A stretch of 64,000 nucleotides of DNA. Origin: an uncultured virus (IMG/VR IMGVR_UViG_3300037297_000216) (taxonomy: Duplodnaviria; Heunggongvirae; Uroviricota; Caudoviricetes; Crassvirales). The notes beneath the pieces are model-generated. The model ran no database searches, had not been told where the DNA came from, and saw nothing but the letters and a program-made list of their open reading frames with translations. The DNA lies in the IMG/VR virus record IMGVR_UViG_3300037297_000216. One strand, 5' to 3'. A program made the position numbers and the translations under genes. Shown here piece after piece: positions 60,308 through 64,000 of the stretch. The number at the start of each line of letters is the position of its first letter. Position 1 is the first letter of the stretch.

Positions 60308-60344
60308 AAAAAGGGGTTGAATTTATCAGCCCCTTTATTTTTTT
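60308..60344. terminator. Bidirectional intrinsic terminator ending the replication block
   Basis: aaaggggttga/tcagccccttt flanked by A- and T-runs. Confidence 0.7.
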
Positions 60345-60449
60345 GTTATATAAATAATTACCTATTTGTAGTAAACCATGAAATTTGATTAATATATAAC
60401 TTTTTTGATCTTTTTACGTATATACATTTATAATTCAAATTTAAATATT

Positions 60450-61064
60450 ATGTGTATATATTTAATAATAAATTTACAAAATAATAAAATATATATTGGT
60501 TCAGCTGTCAATTTTAATAAACGAAAAAATTATCATTTAAGTTATTTAAGACGAAATAAACACATTAATTATAAGTTACAAAATGATTTTAATATATATG
60601 GGGAAGAATGGTTTGTGTTTAAAATATTTAAGAAAGCAAATAACGATTACAAAAAATTATTAAAATTAGAACAATCTTTTTTAGATTCACTAAAACCAGA
60701 TTATAATATAGCAAAATATGTAGAACAGCCTTATTACGGAAGAAAACATTCTAAAGAAACAATTGAAAAAATCAGAAAAGCAAATACAGGAATAAAATTT
60801 TCAAAAGAACGATGTGAACGAATATCAAAAGCTAACAAAAATAAAAAAAGAAAACCTTTATCTGAAAAAACAAAAAACAAGTTAAAAGAACTAAGAGTTT
60901 CAAAACCTGTCAACCAATATGATTTGAATAATATTTTTATAAAATCTTACCCAAGTATAAAAGAAGCTGAAAGACAAACAAAAATAAATAGAGGAAATAT
61001 TAGTGACTGTTGTAATAACAATATAACAAAAACTGGAGGATTTATTTGGAAGTTTAAATCTTAA
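60450..61064 (+). CDS. Free-standing GIY-YIG homing endonuclease with NUMOD3 and NUMOD1/IENR1 repeats
   Basis: CIY..YIGSA..R..H, HSKETIEKIR, KPVNQYDL..YPSIKEAER...TGGFIWKF. Confidence 0.88.
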   Translation: MCIYLIINLQNNKIYIGSAVNFNKRKNYHLSYLRRNKHINYKLQNDFNIYGEEWFVFKIFKKANNDYKKLLKLEQSFLDSLKPDYNIAKYVEQPYYGRKHSKETIEKIRKANTGIKFSKERCERISKANKNKKRKPLSEKTKNKLKELRVSKPVNQYDLNNIFIKSYPSIKEAERQTKINRGNISDCCNNNITKTGGFIWKFKS

Positions 61065-64000
61065 TTACGTAGCCAAGCAATTTGATCTTCAACGTCTCGT
61101 AACCTATATATTTGTTTCATACCAGGTACAAAATTTGTAAGTGTTTTACTTATTTTTAACCTACCTCGCCAATTACCTCTTTGATATCTTTCAAAAGCTA
61201 AATCTCCACTCCACAAAGGATCTATCAATTGGCCAAATAACTTCATAGTATTTTCTATTACAGACATTGATGCTGCTGGGGATCTTAATATTCTCATAGC
61301 CTCTTGAGGATTAAAAAAGAAACCAAGTTCTGCCCTAAACCTTAAAGCTTGATATCCTAGAAATGAATACAACCATTCTTCATCATCAACTTCACCTTTC
61401 ATTTTTACAAAAACACTGCCCATTATAATAGCAGCTAGTAAAAATACTATCTCACCAAGAGTACGTTTAACATTAGCTTTTTCCATTCGTGTAAGTTCCT
61501 GCCAATTTTCAGACATTAAACTTAACTGAAATGTTTTTAAATCTTTTAACAAGTTACCTACAAATCTAAAAAATGTCCTGTAAGTTCCTTCAACAAAATC
61601 ACCTTGAAAATTATTAACATATTTTTTACCATACCTACGTCTAAATCCGGGTACAATAAATTTCCTAAACATATAAGCCATCCTACCTAAAGCTAACCTT
61701 TGAATAGCAACTCGACCTAAATCTGAATATTCCCCGTGTAATCTTGACAATAATCGCTTGACCTTGCCTTCAAACTCAAATTGCTCCCTTTCTCCAAAGT
61801 TAACTACTTTTTCGCCATTTTTACCTTCAAATGCTAATTTACCCTCTTTGACTTTAACAACATCTAACATACTACCGAGTACATTTCCTTTTTCATCTTT
61901 AGCCTTAATAGTATCTAGCATTGCTAACATTAATTTCGTTTGCATATAATGTTCACCAGCATGTGAAGTAAAGAATAAAGTATTAGTAGAAAGAAGTTGT
62001 CTAAACTTAGAGTTCTTCCTAAACTTACCCCCAACGTACTCATTCAGTATATCAAATCTTTCATTTAATAAATTAACAACATTTTCTGGAGCCCTCATAC
62101 CTATATCCCCAAGTAATCCAGCCATATTTTTAAAATAATAACCATTTGCTTTAGCAAGATTCTTAGGACTATAATATTGTTTACCGAAAGCTTCAATAAT
62201 TTGTAAACTACTACCTAATATAACATTAGCTGTCCCTTGAATAAAATTAGCACCTAGTAAATTTAAAGCTGTATATCTGTTTAATAAATCAACAGCTCTA
62301 CCAAAGTCTATTTCTGCCCCAAATATATTTAATGTTCCTTCTTCTTTAGTTCTTTGACCATATACCACAGCATCAAACCAATCATTTAATTGAGCAGCAA
62401 TAAGTGATTTATTACCACTTTCTACTCTTTCTTTACTTTTTAATGCTGCATCTTTAATAACATTACCTTTTGAATCTCTAGTAATAACTTCTCTATTATT
62501 TATAAAAAATCTTGTCATTTCTAATTCTGGTAAGATAGCTACCTTTTCAGAATAATCTATAGTCATACTAAAGTATTTAAAATATATATCGGCTATATCA
62601 TAAGATTGGTCTTTTACATCTAAACTACCAGTAAAATATATAGGTAAAAAATTAACAGGATTATTAGATTCATCTGTTATTTCTGTCCTATCCCCCCGTT
62701 CCTCATATTCACTAGTTACGGCAAGACCTTTTTTTATAGTGCCTTTTAATAAGGTAGCTATATTATCACCAGCTTTTATTCGTTGATTAAAATCTTTCAT
62801 AACTGCCGGTAATCTTAAATGTAACCTATGAGCATAAGGTAATAATCTTTGGTGTTCATCAATAGAATTAACTAAAAAGTTATAAAAATCTATCCTTGGA
62901 TCATTAGCAACATTATCTCTAACTGCTTTTCGCTGCTCATCAATTGAAGCTTTTAAATTACCACCAGCCATCTTAACTAAACCAGACCATTGAGGGTTAT
63001 ACCAACCACCTTCTTTTCTTACTAAAGCTTTTTTCTTTGTATCAAATTCAAACCTATGCATAGTGTGAGGTTCTCTGTAATTTCTAGTATTCTCCACTAA
63101 CCAGTTTGTTATTAATTCTGAAGCTTTTTCATTTTTTACTATTTGATCTACTCTTTTCCATTTTTCTACTAATTCGGGGTTATTATTTATAAGTCTGAAT
63201 ATTTTATCATTATTTTTTATACCTTGAAACTCATCCTTAGTAATTAACTTTTGATCAACTAAAGTTTGAATATAATCATATTTAGCTTTTTCAAATTTTT
63301 TATATTTTAAAGGAGCATTCCAATTTTTCCATTGCCTCTTCCTTAAAATCATTTCATCAAAAGATATATGTTTTGCTTCAACTTCTGATTGTAAAAAATC
63401 ACCATATTTTTTATATTCTTCCCACATATCGTTTCGATATACATCTATTATATAAGGAGTAAAATTTCCTTTTCTGTCCTTTTCAATTAAAAATTCATAA
63501 AACTTCTTATCATCTTTTAATATACCTGATTTATCTTTTTGAAACTCCTCTAAAGCTCTTAATTTTTTAAGTAAAGCATTCCTAAACTCTATTTGTTTTA
63601 ATCTGGATTTATATTCTGTTTCAGCTACTGCTTTAGCTAATGCAGAAACTATTAAGTCTGGACTGTCCAAAACATTATCTAACCAACGCATCATTTGATT
63701 TATATCCCCATAAGCTTTGATTAATTCCTTTGATATAGCTTGTCTAGATTTTTCTTGTAATTCCTCAAATCTTATATCTAATTGTTCTGAAATATATTCT
63801 TCAACATCAATTTTATTTCTTTCAGCTTTTGAAAGTTTATTATACTCTTTTTCAATTATTTCTCTATACTTTGCAGCAATATGAGTACTATAAGGTAACA
63901 AAAATCTAGTAACAACATCTACTCCCTCGTCAATATAAGCTTGTTGTATTTCATTTTTCTGTTGTACAGCTTCTGTTAATTTTTCTAAATCTAAAGCATC
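61061..64000 (-). CDS. C-terminal part of a giant virion (ejection / virion RNAP-module) protein; continues beyond window
   Basis: Frame is open through 64000 (DALDLEKL...); more than 970 aa; position convergent on the replication block as in crAss-like phages. Confidence 0.6.
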   Translation of the reverse strand, partial: DALDLEKLTEAVQQKNEIQQAYIDEGVDVVTRFLLPYSTHIAAKYREIIEKEYNKLSKAERNKIDVEEYISEQLDIRFEELQEKSRQAISKELIKAYGDINQMMRWLDNVLDSPDLIVSALAKAVAETEYKSRLKQIEFRNALLKKLRALEEFQKDKSGILKDDKKFYEFLIEKDRKGNFTPYIIDVYRNDMWEEYKKYGDFLQSEVEAKHISFDEMILRKRQWKNWNAPLKYKKFEKAKYDYIQTLVDQKLITKDEFQGIKNNDKIFRLINNNPELVEKWKRVDQIVKNEKASELITNWLVENTRNYREPHTMHRFEFDTKKKALVRKEGGWYNPQWSGLVKMAGGNLKASIDEQRKAVRDNVANDPRIDFYNFLVNSIDEHQRLLPYAHRLHLRLPAVMKDFNQRIKAGDNIATLLKGTIKKGLAVTSEYEERGDRTEITDESNNPVNFLPIYFTGSLDVKDQSYDIADIYFKYFSMTIDYSEKVAILPELEMTRFFINNREVITRDSKGNVIKDAALKSKERVESGNKSLIAAQLNDWFDAVVYGQRTKEEGTLNIFGAEIDFGRAVDLLNRYTALNLLGANFIQGTANVILGSSLQIIEAFGKQYYSPKNLAKANGYYFKNMAGLLGDIGMRAPENVVNLLNERFDILNEYVGGKFRKNSKFRQLLSTNTLFFTSHAGEHYMQTKLMLAMLDTIKAKDEKGNVLGSMLDVVKVKEGKLAFEGKNGEKVVNFGEREQFEFEGKVKRLLSRLHGEYSDLGRVAIQRLALGRMAYMFRKFIVPGFRRRYGKKYVNNFQGDFVEGTYRTFFRFVGNLLKDLKTFQLSLMSENWQELTRMEKANVKRTLGEIVFLLAAIIMGSVFVKMKGEVDDEEWLYSFLGYQALRFRAELGFFFNPQEAMRILRSPAASMSVIENTMKLFGQLIDPLWSGDLAFERYQRGNWRGRLKISKTLTNFVPGMKQIYRLRDVEDQIAWLRN

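Noticed and set aside
60450..61064. GIY-YIG gene as trans homing partner of the RNR intron
   Set aside because: It lies more than 20 kb away; collaborative homing normally needs close linkage; no sequence evidence
22489..61949. Opposite-strand track ORFs within real genes (e.g. 22489, 28009, 28582, 39542, 39933, 44006, 52503, 55043, 58550, 61758)
   Set aside because: Antisense shadows without independent support
1..64000. Genome-wide stop-codon reassignment (TAG or TGA), known in some crAss-like phages
   Set aside because: Long core genes are intact in the standard code; TAG and TGA end genes normally, often as ATGA overlaps; only one isolated in-frame TGA was seen

Overview
This 64 kb, very AT-rich window is part of a crAss-like (Crassvirales-type) bacteriophage genome, probably with a Bacteroidota host. 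Positions 1-20.8 kb (minus strand) carry the late/virion module: terminase, portal, ferritin, scaffold-like protein, major capsid, ring and auxiliary capsid proteins, an inserted glycosyltransferase + methyltransferase pair, GroES and many small genes. A divergence region at about 20.8-21.2 kb holds repeated GTAACC-N15/16-CGTA promoter-like motifs and a strong G-quadruplex-like tract. Positions 21.1-61.1 kb (plus strand) carry early, nucleotide-metabolism and replication genes (ThyX, class II RNR, PolA, DnaB, primase, nucleases, ligase, UDG, DenV, SRAP, GIY-YIG endonuclease). The window ends inside a giant minus-strand virion protein gene. Four observations stand out. (1) A circularly permuted two-piece tmRNA gene with a long structured intervening segment sits directly behind a phage bL12 gene. 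(2) A group I intron splits the RNR active-site Cys codon and carries four small ORFs rather than a homing endonuclease, one of them running through the ribozyme core. (3) A dispersed translation toolkit is present (bL12, EF-Ts lacking its TDFV motif, minimal GluRS-like and ArgRS-like proteins, tmRNA, a degenerate tRNA-Asn). (4) Several large structured non-coding islands are unexplained. All calls come from manual motif and base-pairing inspection; no database searches were run.
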